From contig NW_002060947.1 in assembly GCF_000150275.1 (NCBI RefSeq), positions 6,277,648 through 6,341,647 on the forward strand: a stretch of DNA of 64,000 nt, in the 5' to 3' direction. The stretch's first letter is position 1, and each line of letters starts with the position of its first letter. The position numbers and the translations under genes were made by a program. The notes under the pieces were generated by a model, which was given only the letters and a program-made list of their open reading frames with translations, searched no databases and had not been told where the DNA came from. Of this stretch, positions 36,501 to 48,400 are shown in pieces. The DNA is from Trichoplax adhaerens. Taxonomy: Eukaryota; Animalia; Placozoa.

Positions 36501-39500
36501 TTTCTTTTTCTTGAGCGTCAATTTGTTCTATCGTTTGTGCCATCCTATAGATAGTGTAAGCCCCACCGCTAACTTGACCTCCGAATAAACCTTCCATTTG
36601 CTTTTTAGTTAAATTACTAACTAAAGGATTATTATAGACTAGCGAATTCATAGTAAAGAAAGAGCCATTATAAGTTTTCAAGACTGCGCCTGTTTCAAAT
36701 AAGAATCTCATAAATTGCAATCGATCGGGTATGGCTTTGGAGCAAGCTTCTAATCCAGGGAAGGATCCATATTCTGCATGGCTATCATACGTAGCCGCTT
36801 GGAATTCATCGGGATAAAAGTAATTACCGACTACTAATTTAGGATTGCTCATTTTAGCAGCGCGAACTTTCCAAAAATCGAAAGAATTAACCACGGATTT
36901 ATTTTCCAAGTTATACTTTCTAACGATATTACCAACAGCAGCACCGATTTTATTGATATAATTCATATCTGGCTGTTTAACAGGTGTGTCAGGTTTCATC
37001 TTTAAGAAAAGCAAACAATACAAATCTCTCCTTAATATTTAGCTGTAAAAATTACCAATTTCTTAATTTAAACGAAAATTGAAGCATTCATACCACAAGC
37101 GTATCTGAGGCCATAAAACGAAATGATCAAACTAAAAAGCAAAGAAACGCGTATATCCCACTTTGAACAATGCTCAACTACTACTTTAGGCCCATAGTAT
37201 ATCAATTTACAATAAACTTGTTTTTTTGTAGCTTACTATTGGAAAATAAACTATCTTTCATTTACTTACCTTTGGATCCATTTACCTCACTTATCAAGCA
37301 CTAGTACTACTTAATGTAACGAATTCTATTTTTTTTTGAAACTGTGTCTTAGCAGAACGATGACTTCGATGCAAAATAAAATTTACGCAAAAAATATATA
37401 TCGCCAATTGCAACGATTTATGCCTCGAGTACGGTACTTTATCAGAGTAAGTTATGCATAGCAAGAATTGATTGTTTCAATCAGTACAAGAGATTTAAGG
37501 TATGTAAGAGTCCTGTTTATAGAAATCTCTCTAACTCATAATACACGAAGAACGCTAAACATGTTTAAATTTCTAACAAATTCGCAAATCTTATTATAAC
37601 TCATGTAATTCTAGGTTTACCTCAATAAATATAAGCATGTCTTCGTTGACAAATCGTTTTAATATGTCGTCCAGCAAAGGAAGCTTTCGTGTTTTACCAA
37701 ATTCATATGTATTTTCGCCTAGAGAGAAAGAATAGTACGCATTAGCTATAATTTTATAGATACTAATGCTATATAGAGAAAAATATCTATGCATAAACGT
37801 TAGGAAGGGCAGAATTTCGCTTTGCTAGTCTGACTATAATATATTTTTAGGCAATAGGAATTACACATAAATAATACGATCATATTATATTATAGGCATT
37901 TTATTGAGTTATAACGTTTTATATCTTGTTTATAACAGAGCTACACCAATTACTATAGCTGTATATTAAGTACCCATATTTATAAACTTACCGTATTTCA
38001 TTGTTGCTTTCAAATTTAAGTCACTTAAAATCTCTGCGTAGGTCATATTATAGATGATTTTATCAGTTCCAGTCAAATGCTGCAAATATAGTGCAACAAA
38101 TTTATGGTTACGATGGATAATAAGTTATTTACCACTTATCCAAGATACAAAGGCAGTTAAATTGAAAATATTAACTATCTTCTTATTACACCTTTCTGGC
38201 TAAAACAGTACTGATAGTAGCAATAGTTTTCCAAAGTATGATTGCTGTTATAATAGCGGCAAATAGGAGAGAATACATGGTATCAAGATGGCAGATGACG
38301 TATGATTTATTGGATTAGCAATTATATTCAATGCCGAATATAGACTGTTACCAATATGCAATTTAGAATTGCGTCTGCTAACTAAAATTAAATGAAACGC
38401 TAATATAATTGTCTAAAAAATTAAAATTACAAGTACTTTTTTACGTATCTTAGCACGGAAAATAAGTATATATCAGCTGCTTTATGCTATAGAAATTGCA
38501 GTTCTATAGCTATTCCTACTATATTTTACTGCATTTGCTAATTATCAATTTATACATGCTAATCTTAGTTAAGTACGAGCAACTACTTCCATATACCATT
38601 GTTATAATGCTACCATAAATTGAGAATGTACATTTATCAACTGGTACGTGAGGATATAGTGTGCAACCTGCAATGTAGTTGCTATCGATTTATGCCTAAG
38701 ACGATAGCGTTCAAATAGTATTACTAATAGATGATATTAAATTTGTATATACGACGACGTAGAAAGAACAGGAAACGCCCAAATATTGTCTTTAAGAATA
38801 TATATATCCATCTGTAAATATTTAGGTTCCAGTATATTTAGTACTGGCATACCAGTGGTTATGATTAGCTAACGTCGCCAAATACTTGAAGTATTACTAC
38901 TCGTACATGCAAATATTTATTATGCTTATCTAGCTAACTAGTTATCATTTTTGATCTACTTCAGGAATGACTAATAATAACAATAATTGCTTGGCTTTTA
39001 CTATTACATGGTATAAAATTAGACTTCTTAAAATTTTCTATGTTATCTGTAAATACAGTAAATATATTTACTTTGGATTAACTAATTTAACTTAAGTATA
39101 ATTTTAAATAGTATCTGATAGTAATAACCCAAGTTTTATCAAGTGCGGCTAAGAAATTCTTTGCAATATTGAATGTTAAACTGACATGCCCTCATAGAAC
39201 TTCAAGCGTAAAATATCCAGGATATATTATCATCGACTTTTATCTATGCGAGTAATTGAATTCGATTTTTTAATGCGGAAATACTCATTGCAGTTTTGTG
39301 CGTTACATAACTTAATTATGTCAGTCATAGCGATGAAGAGATACCGTTCTGATTTGAATAAAATAAACTGTTCAAGGAGCAGCACATACAATAATTTTCT
39401 GTGAATATCGTGCGGTTAATGGAGTCATTTAAGAATTTTTTTAAATTTCTGAAATTTATAGCTGATTTACCTCCGTATGCGGCTCATGAAATAGAACTAG

Positions 39501-39788
39501 TTGATCATCTTTCGTTAAGAATACGTCCAATTCGAAACCATCAGCGTTCGTATCCAATAAGCTGACGAAACCATCAAATGTATTCTCTTGATAAATGCGT
39601 GGATTGCCACGATGACCAATAATCAAGGGTCTATGGGTTTTATTATTTAAAATATGACCAGCCGGTATAGGTTGTATATGTGCATTTTTGGCTAGACAAT
39701 CAGGCCATCGATTTTGTGCTAAAAGTAGTGGTAAGATGGTAGCCAATATGAGAAAAACTGAGAGCAAATTGAATTTTCTACTCAGCAT
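27501..39788 (-). CDS. Secreted/GPI-anchored tandem two-domain glycerophosphodiester phosphodiesterase, paralogue A (~720 aa, 8 exons)
   Basis: Exons 39788-39471, 38079-37992, 37718-37621, 36999-36470, 35351-35063, 34853-34769, 28815-28718 and 28157-27501, all GT-AG and in frame (2163 nt). Signal peptide MLSRKFNLLSVFLILATILPLLLA|Q. Two GDPD motif sets: IIGHRG..QENT..GF..DGFELDVFLTKD..FH(E/D)..LPLL/IPLL..(FI/YT)E(M/I)K..NSFD..LI(A/T)DD. C-terminus DSGSG plus hydrophobic tail. Confidence 0.92.
31694..32007. repeat. Degenerate direct repeat (2 copies, ~196-bp period) in the long intron of GDPD-A
   Basis: CGAAAAA.CAAGA.AGAAA.TTGGATAG...GGCAAGTTT.TA.ATAAATTGCAG...ATTACGATCT at 31694 and 31890. 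Confidence 0.8.
33930..34690. repeat. Degenerate tandem array, ~3 copies of ~255-270 bp, next to GDPD-A exon 6
   Basis: Recurrent ACTGAAAATTT..AATA.TT.GCA...TTTCATA.AT.GTACTTACTGT...TTTTGGAAA.TTT.A.CATCT...ATTCAAATATTA at ~33960, ~34220 and ~34475. Confidence 0.8.
35375..36030. repeat. Degenerate tandem array, 4 copies of ~165-195 bp, in GDPD-A intron 4
   Basis: TATAGACTTGGGAA..TTAAA.A.TAC...CCTATA.GAAAAGGTATAAAT...AAATGTCATTCT.AAATTGGAAATTAAATCT at ~35415, ~35576, ~35741 and ~35935. Confidence 0.9.
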
Positions 39789-40689
39789 CTTGATACTTTA
39801 CACTTCAACAAAGCTGTATTGTATCTCGATTCAGATTTTATTTCGCTTCTTGAGCTACGTTAGATGACTGGCTCTAATGGTCCTTAATCATTCAATAATA
39901 TAGGCAGAGAATGCCGTCAAGGCATCTCCAAATACTAATGCTATTGTCGACATCCTGCTAGATCAAATAAACATGTTTATCAACTAGAATATCTAATGTC
40001 TTCTTTATGAAGATTGATCTTGCCATCTGTTGTATATTTCAAGTTCGCTATTTATTTTCATTTCTGCACACGCCAATGATATCTATGATACACCAATCAA
40101 TCATGCATTTGGTAGTTCTAAATGAAACATTTCGTCCACTGCGTTCTCTTAATCAGTGGGTGTGAAGTGTCAAAAATATTTTTAAATTACGTTGTGGAAC
40201 TAAATAAAAAATTATTGGTGCTCATCAAAGTAAATACCACTGGATTTTGAGGTAGCACCTACTGTGTTAAGGTAGAAGAATTCTAATGCAATGGATCACT
40301 GCAATTATTTTACAATTTAGGTGAGCTATCAACGGTAATGGTGAACTGATATCCTCATTAGAGACTCCAGTAATGGCACCTATTACGATGAGAATTAATT
40401 AAAGATGATGAACTTATAGCAAGTTTATAATATTTGCAAGCAAGATATTTCGATCGTTGTAAATAAAAATATGGTGAAATATGTAGTTATGCAATGGCTC
40501 TACTCATTATACACCAGTCAAATTTCTAATACATTAACCTAGCTTAATCTTAATCATGAAGCGTTACTGTTGCTAAAATACCTAGTATTTATTTAATTAC
40601 TAAAAGTATGCTGAACTTGCTCTTCGTTTTACCTGACTATTGCTTATTTGCTAGAAGCTTGCCAGCAGTATCAAATGGTTTCTACTATG

Positions 40690-41230
40690 GAATAAATATT
40701 CCGCTATCGCTGTAATTTTTCTACGTATTTTTAAGCTCCGAAAATGTTAACCTTTGAGAATTGACAGTTAACCATAGCAAATAAACATTCTGCTATCATT
40801 GAACTTACTTTATGCATTTATAAGCTCAAAAAATTTTAATCTTTGAAAATCGATGGTTATGCTAGAGAATAAGCATTCTATCATCACGGTAGTTATTTTA
40901 GGCATTTTTAATCTTCCTACATTTTTAAGCTCCAAAAATGCTAACCTTTGATTCTTAAAGGTTGTTACGACTTATACTAGAGAATAAATATTCTGCTATC
41001 GTTGTATTTATTTCATGGATTTTCAAGCTCCATAAATGCTAACGTTTGAGAATCAACCGTTTACACTAGAGAACAAAGATTCTGTTATCGTTGTACTTAT
41101 TTTATGCATTTTAAGGTTCATAATACTAACGTTTGCGAAACAATAGTTTATACCAGAAAAAATATATTTTGCTATCGTCATACTTTCTACAGTATATGCA
41201 TTTTTAAGTTCCAAAAATGTTACCCTTTCA
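40690..41230. repeat. Degenerate tandem array, ~6 copies of ~85-110 bp, upstream of GDPD-A
   Basis: AGAATAAA.ATTCTGCTATC.TTG...TATGCATTTT.AAGCTCCAAAAATGCTAACCTTTGA recurs. Confidence 0.85.
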
Positions 41231-42109
41231 GAAGTGGCGATGTACGAAATTAATAAGAAATATGGTCAGATATATTTCAGTTAGCTATATCAGATCCTAA
41301 AAGTGATTAGACCATATGAAATGGAGTCCATTCAATAACGGATTATATATCGATCGATACATTAATGCACTTAGGAGTTTGTGTCTCGTCTAAAATGTTG
41401 TCATTACTAACAATTTCATTAATTGGAATCGATTTCCTTCAAATTATCTCCATTGATAATGAACAATATTAATCGAAACCCAGTTGTGACCCACCTCTGC
41501 TAATATTCCTCTGGAGTTACAGGAGGATCATAGCATCGAGAATCAGCGTACCTGATTCATGATTAATCAATTAAATTGATAAGCAATTTATCCAATATTG
41601 CATATTAATTGATGTTCATGTATGTCTATCAATCGTAGATTTTGTTGTAATAAGTTAGATAATTAGTAAACTGAAGGTAGATCATCCCTAATATCCTTAA
41701 GAGATGAACCAAGCTTAAGGAGTAAAATGAAGAATAATCTGAAATACAAGTGCGTTTTTAATATTTTAGAGACACTTTATCGTATTTCATTTTTATTAAC
41801 CTCACTCTTACCTTTAGTATTTTATGGATATCATCTATTTGATAATAAAATGGAGTTACTGTTCTAAAATAAGATTTACTTTATAGCTGAAATGATATTA
41901 ACTCAAAGCTAGAATGAGCTAAATGGATGGCAGTGGCTGCTTTTTGAAGACGATAGACTAGCCATAATATTACTAAAAATTATCTGCTTTATTTTAACTA
42001 GTCAAGTTCCTGTTCAAATGAATGGGTATTTAAATATATATTCTACACAAAGCAAGATATTGTAAAGAAATTCGCAGCCAGATTATTTCTTACTATTGTA
42101 CTCGTATAA

Positions 42110-42740
42110 TGTACGTATTAGGGGAAATAGTCTATTCTATCCCGATTGAGCAGCTAATGACGACGTAGTCATGATAAAACAAATTAAAGCATGTTACAAG
42201 TATTATCTAAAAGGAATTGTGATATTATGAGAGAGTAATCTATGTTATCCCGATCGAGCAGCGTAGTTGCCATAAAATAATATATGTTATAAACAGTATC
42301 TTGAAGGAATTGTAATATTATGGGAAATAGTCTATGCTATTCCGACCGAGCAGCAATGGCAACATTGCCATAATAAAATGCATTAATACTTGTCCAAAAT
42401 AGCATCTTGCAGGAATTGTAATATTATGGGAAATAATCTACGCCGTCTTGACCGAGCAGCTATTGGCACTATAGGTATGAGAAAATGAATTAAAGCTTGC
42501 TACAAACAGCATCTTGAGAGAATTGTAAGATAAGAAAATAGTGTATGCTATCCTGATCAAGCAACTAATAGCAGTATTGTTATACCAAGATTAAAGGATA
42601 CTGCAAACAGTATCTTCAAGGAATTGTATGTAATATGGAGAAAACAGTCTATGCTAACCCAATGAAGCAGTTAATGGTAGCATCATCATGATTAAATTAA
42701 AGCCTGCTCTAGATAGAATCTTGACTGAATTGCAATACAA
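42110..42740. repeat. Degenerate tandem array, ~6 copies of ~90-120 bp
   Basis: AGGAATTGTAATATTATGGGAAATAGTCTATGCTAT.CCGA.CGAGCAGC...AAACAG.ATCTTGA recurs. Confidence 0.88.
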
Positions 42741-43559
42741 TTTTATAGCGGCAATTTTGACAGCAAAGCCTTACTTTAGTAGATTGTCAAGTACCAAGCG
42801 CTATGATTACGATTATACTAATTCGCATCATCTTAGAGAAGACTGCCAATCATAGGTACTGTTTATTTAATTATAAGTTATGCATTGAGCATGTAGTTCA
42901 ATATGCAAGCTATAGGACAGTAGACTACGAAAGAAGGGGATTAGACCTTGACAAACTAAATCGTGAATTCATACCAAATAGGGCATTGAAAGGATCTATC
43001 TTACTGTTCGGATTATCGCTCTATCACAAGACCAATTTACTCAAGGGTTATACTGGCTTTTTTTTATGATCGAAAATCGACTACCTGACTAGCGTCTTAA
43101 AAAGTAAGATGGCACCGAATTTACAGTGACCTGCTTGTCCTATTTTGCTTTGTATGAGATGGACTTTGATCAAGCTGTTTATTTGAATAATTGAAGGCGT
43201 AAACGATCTATAGACATGTGTTTATTTATTCTTACTTATATTAAAAAATCTTGCATGAAAGCTATGATAATAAGCAATGATGGTATGATCCTACTCTTAC
43301 AAAATCTCTTATGACGCAGCTTTGTGGGCATGGTAGCATGTAAAGAACTTTGATTGGTTGACAAGATTAGAATCGCAAATATCATTTTTAAACTCGATTT
43401 CAGTGCCAATATTGTGCAATTTTGTATAGTTGAGATATTTTTATTCTCTTGTAATAAAGAAAATCTACTATTATCAGGGCTTTTAGCTTAATTATAATAG
43501 TTATCAATCCTTTTCATAGCATTATTTTAACATTTTTTAAGTTTGTTAGTAACATTCAA

Positions 43560-44075
43560 TCGAATGGTAATTTTGTACAAGTATGTGAGCGTGATATCGA
43601 GCTATATAACCTACATGAAATGAACGAAATGCAGCCTAATTTTAAGCAGTATCTAATGATATCACCATCCAAGCGTATAAGTTTGATTTTAAGCTATGTA
43701 ACATACATGGAATGAACGAATTGTAGGCTAGTAGGCTAAGATGAAGAGTTATAGTACATTAAAATGTGTGGTAAGTTAGAAAATTATTTGTTGCCAATTT
43801 TAAGCTTTATTTAATGATAATCCTGTCCAAGTGTGTGAGTGTGATTTTGAGCCATATACGATACATGGAATGCAAGAATTGTAGGCTAATTTTAAGCCGT
43901 ATTTAATAATATTTCTGTCCAAATGTGTGCATTTAATTTTGAGCTATACAACGCACATGGATTGAGTTCGCTGCAAGCTGATTTTAAGCCGTATCTAATG
44001 ATAAATCTGTCCAAGTTTGTAAATTTGATTTTGAACTATTAAATACCCATAGAATGAATAAATTATAGGCTAGTA
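43560..44075. repeat. Degenerate tandem array, ~5 copies of ~90 bp
   Basis: TTTTAAGC.GTAT.TAATGATA...CTGTCCAAGTGTGT...TGATTTTGAGCTAT...CATGGAATGAA.GAATTGTAGGCTA recurs. Confidence 0.85.
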
Positions 44076-44422
44076 AGCGTTAGTCTTAATGATGAAGTTA
44101 ATTTGTCTATGATAGAGGGTGAAAGTTGCTAGAAGTGAGAAGTAAGTTAGAAGAATTGCTTATTACCAATTTTAAATAGTGTAGTCAAAGCCAAATAGTG
44201 GCCAAAACGTATTGTGTTTCGTTAATTACTCATTTGCTAAATCTAGTTTTAAATTAAACTGATTGCAAGTAACACTAAAGTACAGTATTCTATCGCAGAT
44301 ATTGATAGTACTACTCTACACTTTACCGCCAATCCATAGTGAATGATATGCACAGTATTGTAAAAATAAGTAATTATATTGTAATTATAAGGTGAATTAG
44401 ATGAGCATATAATAATTAATAT

Positions 44423-44472
44423 AGGCATTTTGCAAAATACCTAAAGGATTTCAGGTATTTTGCAAAATGCCT
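44423..44472. repeat. Perfect 20-bp inverted repeat with a 10-nt loop
   Basis: AGGCATTTTGCAAAATACCT-aaaggatttc-AGGTATTTTGCAAAATGCCT; the second arm is the exact reverse complement of the first. Confidence 0.95.
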
Positions 44473-45479
44473 GATTTCGCAAATTGCCGTTGACAGAGTC
44501 ATTCTATCAAGCCCATTTTTCAAGGATTCTAAGTTTTGTGCCATAAATCCATAGAGTCTAAGGGTAAAAATGTATTCTGTTCCGTCCTCAAATTTTTCAC
44601 TATTTGCCTGACTTCGGGTAATTATTATGCATTAGCAAGTAAAGTTGTACTATTACTAATACTCTCATTTTCTGTAGCATGCTCCTGCTAATTTTATTAC
44701 TAGTAAGAAATAATCTAGCTGTGAATTTTCGTTTAATGCATAACTTTGTGTAGATATATGTAGATATATGTACCCTTTCATTCGAACGGAAAATTTACTA
44801 GTAATTGATAATAATACCAACCACAGTATTGAATCGATTGCAATGCATAGACCAACTAACATAACGACAGAAAGTGGAGAAGAGGTTCAAATTTGTATAA
44901 AGTTAAATAACTTGCTCCTATTCTCTTTATATTATTGAATAAGACATGATGATTAACTACGCGTGATAAAGTACAAAATAATAGTGAAGCAAGTGGAAAA
45001 ACTTGATTGTAATACATATTTTTGACCTTGCTAAACAAGTAAGACTAAGTAAATTAATGCTATAGCATTTGTGAGATAAGCGGGTAATTTATTTGAAGAA
45101 ATATCCATTTCCTATTTTAAGAGGTGATTAAAATTCAGAGTTGAAGTACAGTGACTATTGTCATTCAATAATACTCAAAACTATTCGATATTGCGGAGAA
45201 AAAAGGATGAAATGACTAAAAGACAGCATCATAAGCAACAGAATGCGATTCTAATTATACCTGTTCACACATATAGAATATGCAACCAATAAGATATGTT
45301 TTAAACTATGCTGAAACGAAATAGTAGCTGAAATAAAGATAAAATGAACCCTATTTAAGCTATTAAACTATGTAGAAATGAAACATGAAAGAATGAAGGA
45401 TAAAATGAATAAGGTTACAGGTAGTCAAGCGATCTGGCAAGGAGGCACCGGAAAAAGTTTTAACATAGAGTTCGAATAT

Positions 45480-48400
45480 TTAAATTGTTAGCCACTGTAC
45501 CAATCCAAATATGAATAACAAAATAGTAGCAGAAATAAGCGGAGTGGAAGGTAAGCTGCTGGAAATAGTACCGGTCGTTACCCATACAGGAGTTGAGCTT
45601 GTAGAATAGTTGCTGTATCTGCCGATTAGTTTGGCCGTTCGAAAGGGATCATCTGTAACTAATCGCTGCACTCCCCATTCCACCATAGCTTTATACATAG
45701 GTTCTGCAGCTTTCAATTGCTGATCTGAAGAACCCATTCTATAAAGAGCCCCAGCACCGAAACTCGGTTGATGACCATATTGCTTTGCCAACGCGGCTAA
45801 GGTTGTTTTTTGCAGATAATTGGGAAACAGATAATCATCAATATCAAAGAAAGCTCCTTGAAAAGATTTCAGGATCGCACCAGTTAATAATAAAAATTCT
45901 GTAAATTTGGGTCCATTAGGCAGAACGCGTAAACATTTGGATAAACTGGTAAAGTTGAGGTATTCCTTTTTACTATCGAAATTGGGAGTAAATTCTCCTC
46001 GAAATAAAAATCCACCTGTTACTAGGTTAGGATTGAGCTTTTTAATGACCATCGTGTTGTACGTATCGAACGAGAATATAAAAACTTTCGATTCCATATT
46101 ATATTTGGCAATAAGATCCACTAAAGCCTTAGCAACCCTATTAGCATACTCGAAGCGAATACTGTCTTGCTGCGGTGATTTAATCTAGTTTGCCAAAAAC
46201 AGCCCGATGCCCAAATGGTTTTCGTAGGAAAATATAAATGATTGGAGAAAAAATACATTGAGATTTTCATTGCTGATCATTTATACGAGTATATAGTATA
46301 GAATAAGACTTGATATTTGTACTTTTATACCGCAACCGTATATCATGTATTTTAACCTCTGTGTAAATGATAAAGCTTTCATTTTGAAACTTTTTATAAA
46401 TATCTTCCAGGAGTGGAATAGGACGCCGTTTTGAGAATTTGTATCTTCTATTTCCTGTATCAAATGACATTCCCGAATTAATGGTGAATTACAAAATGAT
46501 GATATCCGTTTCTTCAGTACTTTCATCTAATAGCAACGGTAAAATGATATACGGGCATGTAAAGGGTAATAGTAAATACTCTTTCTGGATAGTTAGGCAC
46601 AGTATAGGATGGCAAATTACGCTTTAAATTTTTAGATTCACAAACCGGTAGGAATACTCTAATTATTATATTGCAGTACAGAGACATAGGATCTAAAAAA
46701 ATGATACAAGGTATAGTGTGCGAGCTATTCTAATCACTGCAATAACTTTGATAAGGCATTTTCATATGGAAATTATACAGCTAAATTATACATAAAAAGC
46801 GTCGATCAATGTTCTTTAAAACCTGATGATAGCACGTCGCTTAATAACTATGATAACTACTAGTCAATAAACAATATTTTATAGTAAGCAATAGCTATCA
46901 TCATTTAGCCTAGGGTATTCAAAGGTCCCATTATTAGTCAATAAATAACATTTATGGCAATCGATGTCATCGTTTAACCCATCGCAGTAGGTCTAATTCC
47001 TGGTCAATAACTAACATTTCAAGTAATGGCTGTCATTATTTCGCCTTCTGTAGTAAAAGGACCTATTACTGGTCAATAAATAAATAACATTCAAAGCCAT
47101 TGATGTTATCGAATAGCTTACTACAGTAGGTATAATTACTGGTCAATAACTAACATTGAGAGTAGTAGCTATCTTCATTAAGCATTCTTTAGGAAAAGGT
47201 CTCATTGCCGGTCAATAAATAACATTGAAAGCAATATCGATATCATCGTTTAACATACGGTAGTAAAAGATCCAATTGCTGGTCAGTAAATTAAAAGCAA
47301 TCGAGATCATTTAGCTTACCGTAGGTAATTTCGTCCGTAACTGTTAGGTTCGAAATTTCATCGTAGGTAGCTTCATAGACATTGATGTTGCGACCAGTCA
47401 AACGCTATCGGATAAGCATTAGAAATATTAAGCTCATTTAGAGGATCATCACTAAAATTTGCAGCTAGAAATAGTTATGAACAGGTTCTAATCTAGCTTT
47501 ATGCTAGCTCTCTCCTAGCTCTCTTATTTCAAAATAAATTTGCAAATTTAGATGATCGCTTACTGCAAGATTGCCGTCGAAAATGGTAACCAATTCATCA
47601 TCTGCAGTTAAAAAGACATCGAGTTCAAAACCATCGATATAAGTCTTATTTATAAGGCTTTCAAACCCATCCATCGTATTTTCTTGAAAGTGCATAGGAT
47701 TGCCCCGATGGCCAATAATGAGTGGTTTCTTCTTAGTATTGAAGATATGATTGGAAGGAATGACTCCAGTAGAACCTGAAATGCAGTCTGGATATTTTTG
47801 GCGTGCTCTGTTAAATTTTCGCAACAATCTACCAACATCATCGGTTATTAGCCTATAACATATAGTTAGATTTACCATTAGACTTCCCTAGTAGCAAAGA
47901 AATGGTAAATGGTTATATTAATTATCAAGAAGATATTCTTAACTAGTTAGTAATGTTATACCAAAATACGCGTAAGTACTAATTTTTGTTTTCTTCAGAA
48001 CTCAAGAATTCATCTGCAGAAATTCTTAGTAAATTATATTACACCAACATAAAGTACTAATTCCGTTTTACTCTTAAATCTAGGATTCATCTACAGACAT
48101 TCTTGATAAATAATGTTACACCAACATAAGCACTAATTCCGTTTTACTCTTAAAGCAAGGAGTTATCTTCAGAAATTCTTAGTAAATAATATATTATACC
48201 AACGTAAAGTATTAATTCTATTTTACTCTTTAAAGTTAGCAACCATCTCCAGACATTCTTGGTAAATGATGTCATACAGATATAAAGTACTAAATTCGTT
48301 TTACTCTTAAAGCAAGCAATCATTCGAGGTATTCTTAGTGAATAATGTTACACGAATATAAAGCACTAATTCTGTTTTGATCTCATAGCAAACAATCATC

